Origin: Planctomycetia bacterium
Lineage (GTDB): Bacteria > Planctomycetota > UBA8108 > SXIK01
Assembly: GCA_005772855.1 (NCBI GenBank)
Contig: SXIK01000008.1
Location: 11,344 to 75,343 of the forward strand
Length of the DNA: 64,000 nucleotides
Reading direction: 5' to 3'
In this document: positions 17,164 to 26,820 of the stretch, piece by piece
Layout: every line of letters starts with the position of its first letter
How positions within the stretch are numbered: the first letter of the stretch is position 1
Translations under genes and position numbers: made by a program
Notes under the pieces: generated by a model
The model's database searches: none
What the model saw: the letters and a program-made list of their open reading frames with translations, nothing else
Told to the model about the DNA's origin: nothing

Positions 17164-20100
17164 TTGTCAGACACAAGTCCAGATCAAAAAGGCAACAACA
17201 CGGCTGGGTCGGGGGAGGAACCATTCGGATTCGGTCTTTTCGAGGAAAAGCGAACGTCCACTCCCAAGACTCCCAGGAGCGGCGAGCCCGCCGTCCGCGA
17301 GATTGTGGATCGAGTGCCTCCTTCGGGAATGTCGCCCCGGCCTGCAGTGCAGCGACCCGGAAGCCTGTCGGATTCAACCGCACAACTTGCGCAGGCAGAG
17401 ACAAGACCAGGCAATATTGTGGACAAGGGGTCGGAGACTCCGTGCCAGGTGGTACCAGACAATGAGTTGCCGCCTCCCCGCGATTCCCGCAGGCGCCGAG
17501 GCCTTGGTGCTCCAGTTCGATCGACGAGCCGCCTTCGCCGAGCGAAGGTTCCCGGGCAGGAGGAGACCTCCGAGGGAGGTGAGGCTGCACTCTCGGAGGC
17601 CCCTCGCCCGATCGGTCCTGTGGGGTTGGAGCCCAGTTCTCTCAAAGCCGACCGTACCCTCGACGATAAGCGGCCCGCCAAGGAGAGGCGTCCGGCGGAG
17701 CCTCTTCCTTCCGCGGGCCCTCCGCCCATGGAAGTCCCAAAACCTTTGCCTTGCGAGATGCCAGCGACCAGTTTGGACGACGAAGCCGAGTTCACGGCCG
17801 CGATTCCGGGTACTGCTGCGGAGGCCAGTGAGCAGGCCCCGAGAGTGGCACCAGCTCAGCGTCGGGAGCCCGATTCCCTGAGGGGTGAGCGTCGAGATCG
17901 CAGGGATCATCGGGATTCCGTTGAAGCACGAGTCCAGGGGGCAGCACAAGGCAATGGTCCGCAGAAGGAGCTCAACGAAGGAGAGGAGCGGCGAGATCGC
18001 CCAGGACGCTCGCGTCGGCGCAGGGGGCGAGGTCGTGATGGATTCCGGGACGAGGGGGCTCCACGCGCGGATCTGCGAGCTCGCAAGGAGGTCCCGATGC
18101 GAGAAGCCCCTTCGGACATCTCCCTGAGAAACCCCTTGCTCAAGGATCGGGAGATAGTCGTTGGCCCGACTGGCTTTCGATACCAGCCGCGATCAGCTCA
18201 GGGCGAGCGAGACTATTCCGATAGGCCCGCCGAGCGGCTTGAGAAGCCAAAGCCACAGCCTCCCCTTCCACCGCGAAGGCGGGATAGCGGTGCCCTGGAG
18301 TCCCGGGAGATGTCGGCCAGGGAGCGCCCCGCCGGGGTTTCCGGTGCTGCTCCGATACCCGAACTCCCCGATCCTGGCCGTCGCCGGGGGCGAGCGAGGG
18401 GGCGAGGTCGGCAAGGTTTCCAGTCGCGCTTTGTTGAGGAATCGCCAAGACGTCCCGCCGAGGAGCTGGATTCCTGGGATGCGCCTCTGGAGCACCGGAT
18501 TAGTCCGCCGCAAGGGGAGGGTCTGGGTCGCGCCGTTCCTGTACCACGCATGGAGCCAGCGTTGCCTGTGGATCCGGAAATATCGACCGAAGGTCCCGAG
18601 ATCGACGTCCCATCCTGGGTTGAGCCAGAGCTGGAGGAAGGCAGGAGGTCGAGGCGATTCTTGCCCAAGAATCAGCGAGGCGCCGGTCCCGAGCTTCTGC
18701 CGGCTGGGGAAGGGATCGAGCCTGAGGACGAGGAGCTCGAGGACCCACTTCCCGAGGCGCTACCTCGGGGGGGAGAAGAGCTGGCAGTAAGCCAGAAGCA
18801 GATCTTGATCAATGCGATCGACCCGGAGGAGGTTCGTATCGCGGTGTTGGAGAAGGGACTACTTGAGGAGCTTTATTACGAGCGTCCGACGGAGAAGAAG
18901 TATCTAGGAAATATCTACAAGGGCCGGATTGTCAATCTGGAGCCAGGAATTCAGGCCGCATTTGTCGACATTGGCATTGGCCGCAATGGATTTCTGCACG
19001 TCTCTGACGTGCTCCCAGCGTACAAGGAAGCAACAGGGATCCCCATGGATTCCCTCTCGACCCGGTTACCGGACCGCCGACGCCTCAAGATTCAAGAGAT
19101 TCTTCGCAAGGGGCAAGAAATCCTTGTCCAGATCTCGAAAGATGCCATCGGCACCAAAGGGCCCAGTCTTACTACCTATGTCTCCATCCCGGGTAAGTAC
19201 CTCGTCCTCATGCCCGGAGTGAGTCGCCACGGGGTCTCCAAGCGCATTCAGGATGATGATGAACGATCCAGTCTGAGGGCGAAACTCTCGCAGCTCAACC
19301 CGCCCAAGGGCGTGGGTTACATTGTGCGCACGGCGGGCCAGCACCGGCCTCAAGCTGACCTTGAGAAAGACTTCGGCTACCTGATGAAGATGTGGGAGGA
19401 GCTCCGGACGAAAGTTACGGGCCAGCCGACGCCCTCCATCGTCTACGCGGAGACAGACCTTGTCACCCGCACCATGCGGGACTTGTTCGGGCCCGACGTC
19501 TCGGAGATCTTGATTGATGAGGGGGTTGTTTACCAGCAGGCCCGAAAATTCCTGGACGAGGTGATGCCCCAGGCTGCCCGGAGGCTGAAGAGCTATTCCG
19601 GGGCGATCCCACTTTTTTCAAGGTTCTGCGTTGAAGAAGAGATCGAAAAAATCTACAATCGTCGGGTTCCACTACCCAGCGGGGGTCACATAGTGCTGGA
19701 GCAGACCGAAGCTCTGGTGGCTATTGACGTCAACTCGGGGAAGTACCGCGACGAAGATGACCTCGAGGCCACGGCCTTGAAAACCAATCTCGAGGCCGCG
19801 CAGGAGATCGCCCGACAGCTTCGGCTCAGAGATCTCGGCGGAGTCATCGTCAACGACTTCATCGACATGGAGACGGAAGCCAACCGCCGGGCGGTGGAGC
19901 GAGCGCTTCGAGTTGCCCTGAAGCGGGACCGAGCCAAGAGCTGGATCTCTCGGATCTCCCGTTTTGGGATCATCGAGATGACGCGACAGAGAGTTCGGCC
20001 GAGTTTCGAGCGGTCGAATCATGAGTCGTGCAGGTTCTGTCGGGGAACCGGCGGGGTCAAATCGGCCAGGAGCTGCGGAATCGCGATCTTGCGCCAGATT

Positions 20101-20286
20101 AGAGCCGCCCTTGGAGTCCAACGGCGGGAAGTCTGCGAAGTCATTGCACATCCGCAAGTGGTCGATTACCTTCTGAACGACCGCCGACACCACTTGGTGG
20201 AGCTTGAAAAACAATACAACAAGACGATCTTTATCCGGGCCGATGCAGGTTTCAGCCCAGACCAACAGGTGATCCGGTACCACTGA
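17164..20286 (+). CDS. rne: RNase E/G family endoribonuclease with ~540-aa N-terminal disordered extension
   Basis: Catalytic domain from ~18793: LGNIYKGRIVN, AAFVDIG, IDVNSG, RQLRLRDLGGVIVNDFIDM, FGIIEMTRQR, Zn-link CRFC. Start taken at TTG 17164 (GGAGG upstream). Confidence 0.93.
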   Translation: MSDTSPDQKGNNTAGSGEEPFGFGLFEEKRTSTPKTPRSGEPAVREIVDRVPPSGMSPRPAVQRPGSLSDSTAQLAQAETRPGNIVDKGSETPCQVVPDNELPPPRDSRRRRGLGAPVRSTSRLRRAKVPGQEETSEGGEAALSEAPRPIGPVGLEPSSLKADRTLDDKRPAKERRPAEPLPSAGPPPMEVPKPLPCEMPATSLDDEAEFTAAIPGTAAEASEQAPRVAPAQRREPDSLRGERRDRRDHRDSVEARVQGAAQGNGPQKELNEGEERRDRPGRSRRRRGRGRDGFRDEGAPRADLRARKEVPMREAPSDISLRNPLLKDREIVVGPTGFRYQPRSAQGERDYSDRPAERLEKPKPQPPLPPRRRDSGALESREMSARERPAGVSGAAPIPELPDPGRRRGRARGRGRQGFQSRFVEESPRRPAEELDSWDAPLEHRISPPQGEGLGRAVPVPRMEPALPVDPEISTEGPEIDVPSWVEPELEEGRRSRRFLPKNQRGAGPELLPAGEGIEPEDEELEDPLPEALPRGGEELAVSQKQILINAIDPEEVRIAVLEKGLLEELYYERPTEKKYLGNIYKGRIVNLEPGIQAAFVDIGIGRNGFLHVSDVLPAYKEATGIPMDSLSTRLPDRRRLKIQEILRKGQEILVQISKDAIGTKGPSLTTYVSIPGKYLVLMPGVSRHGVSKRIQDDDERSSLRAKLSQLNPPKGVGYIVRTAGQHRPQADLEKDFGYLMKMWEELRTKVTGQPTPSIVYAETDLVTRTMRDLFGPDVSEILIDEGVVYQQARKFLDEVMPQAARRLKSYSGAIPLFSRFCVEEEIEKIYNRRVPLPSGGHIVLEQTEALVAIDVNSGKYRDEDDLEATALKTNLEAAQEIARQLRLRDLGGVIVNDFIDMETEANRRAVERALRVALKRDRAKSWISRISRFGIIEMTRQRVRPSFERSNHESCRFCRGTGGVKSARSCGIAILRQIRAALGVQRREVCEVIAHPQVVDYLLNDRRHHLVELEKQYNKTIFIRADAGFSPDQQVIRYH

Positions 20287-20347
20287 GCCCTACAAGCTTG
20301 GTCATTGAGGTTCCGGAAACTCAAGACTCAGAAACAACAGAAAGCCG

Positions 20348-20662
20348 ATGGAAGCAGTCATTCAGCACTCAGGGCGGCAGTTCAAGGTCAAAGAAGGCAT
20401 TACGATCGATCTGGATCTGTGCCCGCTTGAGGCCGGGAGCGTGATTGAGTTTGGCGAGGTCCTCTACGTGGGTAAGGAGGGAGGCCCCTCGAGCCTCGGG
20501 AAGCCCCTCGTTGCAGGTGCGAAAGTCATAGGCAAGGTTCTTGGCGAAAAGCGTGGTCCGAAGCTAATATCCGCCAAGTTTCGTCGGCGAAAAAACTCTC
20601 GACGACGTATCGGGCACCGTCAGAGCTACACTTCGGTCCTCATTGAATCAATCCAGGCATAA
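20348..20662 (+). CDS. rplU: 50S ribosomal protein L21
   Basis: SGRQFKVKEG, KFRRRKNSRRRIGHRQSYT. Confidence 0.96.
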   Translation: MEAVIQHSGRQFKVKEGITIDLDLCPLEAGSVIEFGEVLYVGKEGGPSSLGKPLVAGAKVIGKVLGEKRGPKLISAKFRRRKNSRRRIGHRQSYTSVLIESIQA

Positions 20663-20686
20663 CTTCTTGCTATAGAGGTCGAGAAC

Positions 20687-20941
20687 ATGGCTCACAAGAA
20701 AGGTCAAGGCGCCAGCTCAAACGGGCGCGATTCCAACCCCCAGTTTCGCGGGGTCAAGGTCTATGGAGGCGGTGCTGTCCAACCAGGTCAGATCATCGTC
20801 CGACAGTGCGGTACACGATTCCGGCCGGGCTTCGGCGTCGGCATGGGAAGCGACTACACGATCTTCTCACTGATTGATGGCCGGGTAAAGTTCGAGAGCC
20901 GTGGCCGTATTAGCGTCTATACCCAAGTTGACCCAACGTAG
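20687..20941 (+). CDS. rpmA: 50S ribosomal protein L27
   Basis: [34 protein letters not shown]. Confidence 0.97.
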   Translation: MAHKKGQGASSNGRDSNPQFRGVKVYGGGAVQPGQIIVRQCGTRFRPGFGVGMGSDYTIFSLIDGRVKFESRGRISVYTQVDPT

Positions 20942-20982
20942 CCTTCGATTGCTCGCCTGCTGCTTGGCCAAGACCCTGTCCC

Positions 20983-22017
20983 ATGTTCCTTGACGAAGCG
21001 ATTATTACCGTGAGGAGTGGCGACGGGGGGCGGGGGTGCGTGAGTTTCCGGAGGGAGAAGTATATTCCTAGAGGCGGGCCGGATGGTGGTGATGGAGGTC
21101 GAGGAGGCAGCGTTTGTCTTGTCGCAAACCGCGATTTGACGACGCTGAGTGACCTCTCGCGTCAGGCACGCTACACGGCTGACCACGGCGAAAAGGGTGG
21201 CGGTAATAACCGTTCCGGCGGTACGGCTCGAGACCTTGACATCGAGGTTCCCCTGGGGACGTTGGTGCGTGAGGTCGTACCGGGAATTCCAGCCCTGGAG
21301 GGTCGACTCCTGGGCGAACTCCTTGAGCACGGTCAGCGTCTTGTGGTGGCAAGAGGGGGCCGGGGTGGCAAGGGCAACAAGGCGTTCACCTCTTCCACGC
21401 GCCAGGCGCCGCGTGAGGCGGAAGACGGCGAACCGGGGGAGGAACGAAAGCTCCATCTCGAGCTGAAGCTCCTCGCCGACCTGGGTATTATCGGTCTTCC
21501 CAACGCGGGCAAGTCAACCCTCCTTGCGCGGGTGAGCGCTGCGACACCCAAGATCGCCGACTACCCATTCACCACGCTCAAACCGAACCTCGGCATCGCC
21601 GAACTGGATGACTTCGAGCGTCTCGTGATCGCCGACATTCCTGGACTCATCGAGGGCGCTCACGAGGGCGCAGGGCTTGGAATCGAGTTCCTGAGGCACA
21701 TTGAGCGTACCAGTATTCTCGTCCACCTCGTGTCGGTCGAGGTGGGCTCTGCGGAGAGAATGGCGAACGATTACAAGACCGTCGAATCGGAGCTTGCCAG
21801 CTACAGCGAGCCGCTGGGCCGAAAGCAGCGGATCGTGGTCGCCTCAAAGATTGATGTCCTGGCCCCGGAGGAGAAGACCGCACTCATCAGCGCGTTCTCC
21901 GAGGCCATCGGAGCTCCGGTAATGCCTCTGTCCGCGGTGACGGGCGAAGGCCTTCGGGATCTCCTCCTGGCTGCCGTGCAGTTGTTGAGACAAACGAAAG
22001 CCCAGGCGGAGCGTTGA
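20983..22017 (+). CDS. obgE: GTPase Obg/CgtA
   Basis: FRREKYIPRGGPDGGDGG, GLPNAGKS, YPFTTL, DIPGLIEGA, FLRHIERT. Confidence 0.97.
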   Translation: MFLDEAIITVRSGDGGRGCVSFRREKYIPRGGPDGGDGGRGGSVCLVANRDLTTLSDLSRQARYTADHGEKGGGNNRSGGTARDLDIEVPLGTLVREVVPGIPALEGRLLGELLEHGQRLVVARGGRGGKGNKAFTSSTRQAPREAEDGEPGEERKLHLELKLLADLGIIGLPNAGKSTLLARVSAATPKIADYPFTTLKPNLGIAELDDFERLVIADIPGLIEGAHEGAGLGIEFLRHIERTSILVHLVSVEVGSAERMANDYKTVESELASYSEPLGRKQRIVVASKIDVLAPEEKTALISAFSEAIGAPVMPLSAVTGEGLRDLLLAAVQLLRQTKAQAER

Positions 22018-22090
22018 CCTCTGGTCGTCGTCAAGATCGGGCCATCGTAGACTTCCGGGGAAACTTTGCCATTACCCCCGGAGGAGCGAG

Positions 22091-23185
22091 ATGGAATTTC
22101 ACGAGATGCTCAGAAAGATGGTCATTGAGAAGGCGTCGGACCTGATTCTGAAGGTTGGAAGCCCTCCCTCGCTTCGCATAGATGGTGCGATTCAATTTTT
22201 GGAGACCGACGAGATCACGCAGCAGGATTCGCTCGAGATCTTCGAGATCATAGAGGACTCCAAGAAGGATGGCTTCGATACCAAGGTGGACATCGATGTT
22301 GCTTACGAGTTGCCGGGCATTGGCCGCTTTCGTGTCAACATCTTCCGACAGAAAGGCCACCTTGGATTTGTCCTCAGGCACATTGAAAGCCAAGTGCCAT
22401 CGTTTGAGGACTTGAGTCTCCCCGCGGCCGTGCTCACGAAGCTTGCCTGTGCAAATCGCGGGCTCATCCTCGTCACGGGGCAGGCTGGAAGCGGGAAGTC
22501 CACGACCCTTGCGGCCATGATCAACTACATGAACGAGAAGTTCAACAAGCACATCATCACCATCGAGGATCCCATTGAGTACGTCTTTCGCGACCGCAAG
22601 TCGATCGTCAATCAGCGGGAAATTGGCCCAGATACTCCGAACTTCATCCAGGCTTTGAAGATGGCAGTTCGCCAGAGTCCCGACGTGATCCTCATTGGCG
22701 AAATGCGTGATCGTGAGACCATGGAGGCTGCACTTTCGGCCGCCGAGACGGGTCACCTGGTGTTGAGCACGTTGCACACAGTCAACGCGACGCAAACGGT
22801 TGAACGCATCATCCACTATTTCCCGCCGCACCAGCACGACTTGATCCGGCTTCAGCTTTCGCTGGTGCTGACGGGGGTGATCTCGCAGCGTCTTCTGCCC
22901 AGAAAGAGCTCAAATGGGCGAGTGCCTGCAGTGGAGCTCATGATCGACTCGCCCATGATTCGAGACCTCCTTCGCCGAGGGAAGACAGAGGAGTTGTACA
23001 CTGCCGTCAAGAGTAGCGAGTACTTCGGCTGCCAGAGCTTTAACCAATCACTGAAGAAGCTGTACCAGGATGAGCTGATCACCCTCGAGAACGCTCTTGG
23101 GTCGTCCGACTATCCGGAGGAGCTCAAACTGGATTTGAAGGGTATCACTCGGGGCGCCAAGGCAGACTTCCAGTTCAACTATTGA
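22091..23185 (+). CDS. pilT: Type IV pilus retraction ATPase (PilT/PilU family)
   Basis: RFRVNIFRQ, GQAGSGKSTT, TIEDPIE, RQSPDVILIGEMRD, TGHLVLSTLHT. The AIRNLIRE position reads MIRDLLRR, so PilT versus PilU is unresolved. Confidence 0.88.
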   Translation: MEFHEMLRKMVIEKASDLILKVGSPPSLRIDGAIQFLETDEITQQDSLEIFEIIEDSKKDGFDTKVDIDVAYELPGIGRFRVNIFRQKGHLGFVLRHIESQVPSFEDLSLPAAVLTKLACANRGLILVTGQAGSGKSTTLAAMINYMNEKFNKHIITIEDPIEYVFRDRKSIVNQREIGPDTPNFIQALKMAVRQSPDVILIGEMRDRETMEAALSAAETGHLVLSTLHTVNATQTVERIIHYFPPHQHDLIRLQLSLVLTGVISQRLLPRKSSNGRVPAVELMIDSPMIRDLLRRGKTEELYTAVKSSEYFGCQSFNQSLKKLYQDELITLENALGSSDYPEELKLDLKGITRGAKADFQFNY

Positions 23186-23210
23186 TGGTTGAGGGTCTGC
23201 TCGCGGCGCG

Positions 23211-23219
23211 TGCTACAAT
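23211..23219 (+). promoter_or_regulatory. Extended -10 promoter (TGcTACAAT), probably leaderless for coaX
   Basis: The -10 ends 7 nt before ATG 23227 and no SD-like sequence is present. Confidence 0.55.
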
Positions 23220-23226
23220 CCGCCTC

Positions 23227-23988
23227 ATGCTGCTTGGACTCGTCGCCGGAAACACCAGCCTGCGAATCGGACTTTTTAGCGCACGGACGATCCTCGAGTG
23301 GCGGCGCATCGAATGGGCCGAGTTGGACCGACGGGGTTCGGAAATCTCGGCTCTTGTGGCGGGTGGCTCGGTCTCGGAATGCGTAGCGGGCTCTGTTCGG
23401 GATGACCTACTGGACCTTGTCGGCGCTTGGTTGCCGCACGGGCTTTGGCCGCCCCAGTTGGCCCGGCGAGACTTCCCAATCCCGATAGAGAATCGCTACT
23501 TCCCTCCCGAGGACGTCGGCACTGACCGTTTGCTGAACGCGCTCGCAGTGCGGGAGTTGTCGCAAGTGGGGGCTTCAGTTGCGGTTGATTTTGGAACCGC
23601 TGTGAGCGTGAGCGTTGTTTCGTGGGACAGAGTTTTTGTGGGAGGCGCAATAGCCGCTGGGGGAAAAACCCTGGCGCAGGGTCTCAAGGCCGCGGCGCCG
23701 AGGTTGCCACTCGTCGAGCCGGCAACCGTGAGCGGTTGGATTCAGAATCGCACGGTGGAGGGAGTCCAGAGCGGCGTCTACTGGCAGGTGGCAGGAGGCG
23801 TGCGCGCGATAGTCCAGGGCATCTTGCGAGAGCTGGGCCCAAGTCACTCCGGAGCCACCACACGGCCGCGAGTTTTTGCGACGGGAGGTGAGGCGCACCT
23901 GTTTGCTCCTGCCATCGCCGAGATTGACGAGGTCGTTCCCGAGTTGACCCTTCAGGGACTTGCCTACGCAAGTTCACTTCGAGAGTGA
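23227..23988 (+). CDS. coaX: Type III pantothenate kinase; Asp of the DxGNT motif is replaced
   Basis: LVAGNTS, GTDRLLNA, VDFGTA, GGAIAAG, TVEGVQSG, ATGG, LTLQGL. Confidence 0.85.
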   Translation: MLLGLVAGNTSLRIGLFSARTILEWRRIEWAELDRRGSEISALVAGGSVSECVAGSVRDDLLDLVGAWLPHGLWPPQLARRDFPIPIENRYFPPEDVGTDRLLNALAVRELSQVGASVAVDFGTAVSVSVVSWDRVFVGGAIAAGGKTLAQGLKAAAPRLPLVEPATVSGWIQNRTVEGVQSGVYWQVAGGVRAIVQGILRELGPSHSGATTRPRVFATGGEAHLFAPAIAEIDEVVPELTLQGLAYASSLRE

Positions 23989-23992
23989 CCCC

Positions 23993-25192
23993 ATGAAGGA
24001 AGGGATCTGGTTTCACCGCTCGACACCGCGGGGTGAAGGCGGGATCTTTGTTTTTGAGCTCTATGGCGCAGAATCGAAGGCCGGTCTCGAGAAAATTTTT
24101 CGGCCGCGCAGCGGCCACTTGCCCGACGAGGGTCGACTCCGACTGGGAGATCTCGTTGACTTGCGAGGAGAAGTTATCGATGAGTGCGTACTCGCGAGGG
24201 TTGCTCCTGGCTCTGCCTGGTCGAAGCTCCCGACCTGGGCCCTGAGCGTTCACGGCGGCCCCTGGGTCCAGGAAAAAACCACCGAATCGCTGCATGCGTT
24301 GGGAGCCATGGAGCTGGATCTTCGAGGCGTCTTGTTACGCTCCCTTCAAGAGGGGAGTCTTGACTGTATCGAGGCTGCCGCCCATGAACTCCTTGTCAGT
24401 GCCCGGACGGAGAAGGCTGCTTGTTTCTTCGCCCGCCAGCATGTCGGCGAGCTTTCGGCGCTCCTGCGGGAGGGGCTTGAGGCCGTCAAGCGGGGTCATC
24501 TCGATGTCTCCCGGGAGATTGCGCGCAGTGCCATTCTTTACGCGCAAGAGGCGTATCGGCTCGGTCATCCACTTCGCGTCTTGATCGCGGGTCCTCCGAA
24601 CGCGGGCAAGTCGACACTGTTTAACCGTCTCGCCGGGGAGGAGCGGGCCATCGTTTCGCCAATTCCGGGGACCACCCGAGATTCGCTGGAGGAGACCGTG
24701 GTCGTGGAAGGGTTTCCCGTGCTCGTGAGGGATTCGGCAGGCATCCGCGATCTTGACTTCACAAGGGAGGTCGAACGTCTCGGGATTGAAAGGACGCTCG
24801 AGCGGCTGGATGACTCGGTTCTCTACTTGATTCCCTATCCGTGGCGGCTGACTGAGGATGATCGGCAGTTCATGGATCGCTGGCCTTCTGAGAGGCTCGA
24901 GCTTGTACACAGCTTGGCCGATCTGACTTCCGAAAAAACGTCCTCTTTTGAGCCATTGCGACTTTCGGCTCTCAGGGGCGACGGTGTAGACTTATTAAAG
25001 CGTCAGATTGTGGCTCGGTGGCTTTCGCCGCGGCTTGAGCCAACGAACCACGTGCCTGTCGCTGCATTTACTCCGCGCCTCGAGGCTGCCTTGCGACGGA
25101 TCGAGGCGGTCGAAGGCAGGACGTTGGCCGCCGCACTTGACGCCCATCGCAGCGCCTACTTAGAATGCTTGAACTTTTCCTGGCCCCAATGA
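23993..25192 (+). CDS. mnmE: MnmE/TrmE-like GTPase, atypical (G4 degenerate, no C-terminal FCxGK)
   Basis: STPRGEGGI, SVHGG, GELS, GPPNAGKSTLFNRL, AIVSPIPGTTRD, DSAGIR, VERLGIER; 399 aa. Confidence 0.75.
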   Translation: MKEGIWFHRSTPRGEGGIFVFELYGAESKAGLEKIFRPRSGHLPDEGRLRLGDLVDLRGEVIDECVLARVAPGSAWSKLPTWALSVHGGPWVQEKTTESLHALGAMELDLRGVLLRSLQEGSLDCIEAAAHELLVSARTEKAACFFARQHVGELSALLREGLEAVKRGHLDVSREIARSAILYAQEAYRLGHPLRVLIAGPPNAGKSTLFNRLAGEERAIVSPIPGTTRDSLEETVVVEGFPVLVRDSAGIRDLDFTREVERLGIERTLERLDDSVLYLIPYPWRLTEDDRQFMDRWPSERLELVHSLADLTSEKTSSFEPLRLSALRGDGVDLLKRQIVARWLSPRLEPTNHVPVAAFTPRLEAALRRIEAVEGRTLAAALDAHRSAYLECLNFSWPQ

Positions 25193-25782
25193 GATCAGCT
25201 CCACTACCTATTCCCCCCGAGTCCACGGGGCCAGCCTCCACCCAGCGGTTCCATTGCATGGGGCCAGCCGAGTTCAAGGTTGTGTTTGCTGAGTGGCAGC
25301 AGAAGATATCGCGCACTCTCGGTTCCAGCAAGACGCCGTGGGCCATCGTGGGGATAAAAAGGCGTGGAGCGGTGCTCGCTCGTCGGCTCTGTGGCATGTT
25401 CCAGGGCGAGGGTTCTTCGGTTCTCCACTACGGCGAGATTGACATTTCCCTCTATCGCGACGACTACCACCTGCGGTCTTCAAAGCCAATGGTGCTGGGC
25501 AGTGAGATCACGTTTCGGGTGGAAGGCCTCAACATACTCCTTGTCGATGACGTCCTTTTTTCGGGACGTACGGTGCGTGCAGCGCTGGACCTGATCCTTG
25601 ACTTCGGTCGCCCTAGACAGATCTCCCTGGCTGTCTTTATTGATCGAGGTTACAGGGAACTTCCCATCGCCGCCAATGTTGTCGGTCGGGAGATTGCGAC
25701 GGAGCCGGGTGACCAAGTCCTCGTGACGCTCGAGGAGATGGGCGAGACGGACGGCGTCGACTTGTTGAGGAAGAATCCATAG
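25189..25782 (+). CDS. pyrR: PyrR bifunctional pyr regulator / uracil phosphoribosyltransferase
   Basis: GIKRRG, DISLYRDD, LVDDVLFSGRTVRAALD, DRGYRELPI. ATGA overlap with the mnmE stop. Confidence 0.93.
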   Translation: MRSAPLPIPPESTGPASTQRFHCMGPAEFKVVFAEWQQKISRTLGSSKTPWAIVGIKRRGAVLARRLCGMFQGEGSSVLHYGEIDISLYRDDYHLRSSKPMVLGSEITFRVEGLNILLVDDVLFSGRTVRAALDLILDFGRPRQISLAVFIDRGYRELPIAANVVGREIATEPGDQVLVTLEEMGETDGVDLLRKNP

Positions 25783-25806
25783 CCTGGAGGATCGAAAGTT
25801 AAACCC

Positions 25807-26820
25807 ATGGAGGACTTCGGCAAGGAGCGGGTGGAGTGGACCAGAAAAGACCTACTGGGTCTCGAGGGCCTGTCGAAAAACGAAATCTACGCAATACTTG
25901 ACCTCGCCGACGGCTTCAGGGAAGTCTCAACTCGCAGTATCAAGAAAGTACCCGCACTGCGGGGCAAGGTCGTCGTCAACCTCTTCTTCGAGGCTTCCAC
26001 TCGGACGCGCATCAGCTTTGAGTTGGCCGGAACTCGCCTCTCGGCGGACGTTATCAATTTCTCGGGCGCCAGCAGCTCCACGGTGAAGGGGGAAACCCTG
26101 ATGGACACGGCCCGAAATATCCAGGCCATGGGCGTCGACATTCTGGTCCTGCGTCATCCATGCTCGGGGGCGGCCTACCAGATCTCCAGGGGCGTGACGG
26201 CGAGCGTCGTGAATGCAGGAGACGGGGCGCATGAGCATCCGACGCAAGCGTTGCTCGATATTTTCACAATCCGTGCTCGGTTAAATCGGGTCGAAGGCTT
26301 GAAGGTAGCCATCGTTGGGGACGTGAGCCACAGCCGGGTTGCTCGCTCCAATATCTGGGGTCTCCAGAAACTCGGTGCGGAGGTCTACGCGGTTGGGCCG
26401 CCAACCCTTGTGCCGCGAGGGCTCGCCAAGATGGGAGTAAAAGTCTCGCACTATCTCGATGAAATCCTGCCCGAGATCGACGTCTTTAACATGCTCCGAA
26501 TTCAGAGTGAGCGGCAGGATCAGGGGCTTTTCCCGACGATTCGGGAATACTCTCGTCTCTTTGGGTTAAACCGGGAGCGTATGAAGCGCGTGAAACCCGA
26601 GGCCATTATTCTTCACCCTGGCCCAATCAACCGCGGAGTAGAAATTACGCCAGATGTCGCCGATGGGCCCCAGTCGGTGATTTTGGAACAGGTGGCGAAC
26701 GGACTGGCCGTGCGAATGGCTGTCCTCTATCTTGTTGGGACTCGGGTCACCCAGCCTCTTGGGACGCCGCAGCATCCTGCTCCGGCCGTGTTGCCGGCTG
26801 CAGGAGGGCCAGAGGCATGA
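25807..26820 (+). CDS. pyrB: Aspartate carbamoyltransferase catalytic subunit
   Basis: [62 protein letters not shown]. Confidence 0.97.
   Translation: MEDFGKERVEWTRKDLLGLEGLSKNEIYAILDLADGFREVSTRSIKKVPALRGKVVVNLFFEASTRTRISFELAGTRLSADVINFSGASSSTVKGETLMDTARNIQAMGVDILVLRHPCSGAAYQISRGVTASVVNAGDGAHEHPTQALLDIFTIRARLNRVEGLKVAIVGDVSHSRVARSNIWGLQKLGAEVYAVGPPTLVPRGLAKMGVKVSHYLDEILPEIDVFNMLRIQSERQDQGLFPTIREYSRLFGLNRERMKRVKPEAIILHPGPINRGVEITPDVADGPQSVILEQVANGLAVRMAVLYLVGTRVTQPLGTPQHPAPAVLPAAGGPEA

Noticed and set aside
20687-20941. L27 N-terminal extension needing the Prp protease
   Set aside because: L27 starts directly with MAHKKG and no prp gene lies between rplU and rpmA; this is the ordinary short type.
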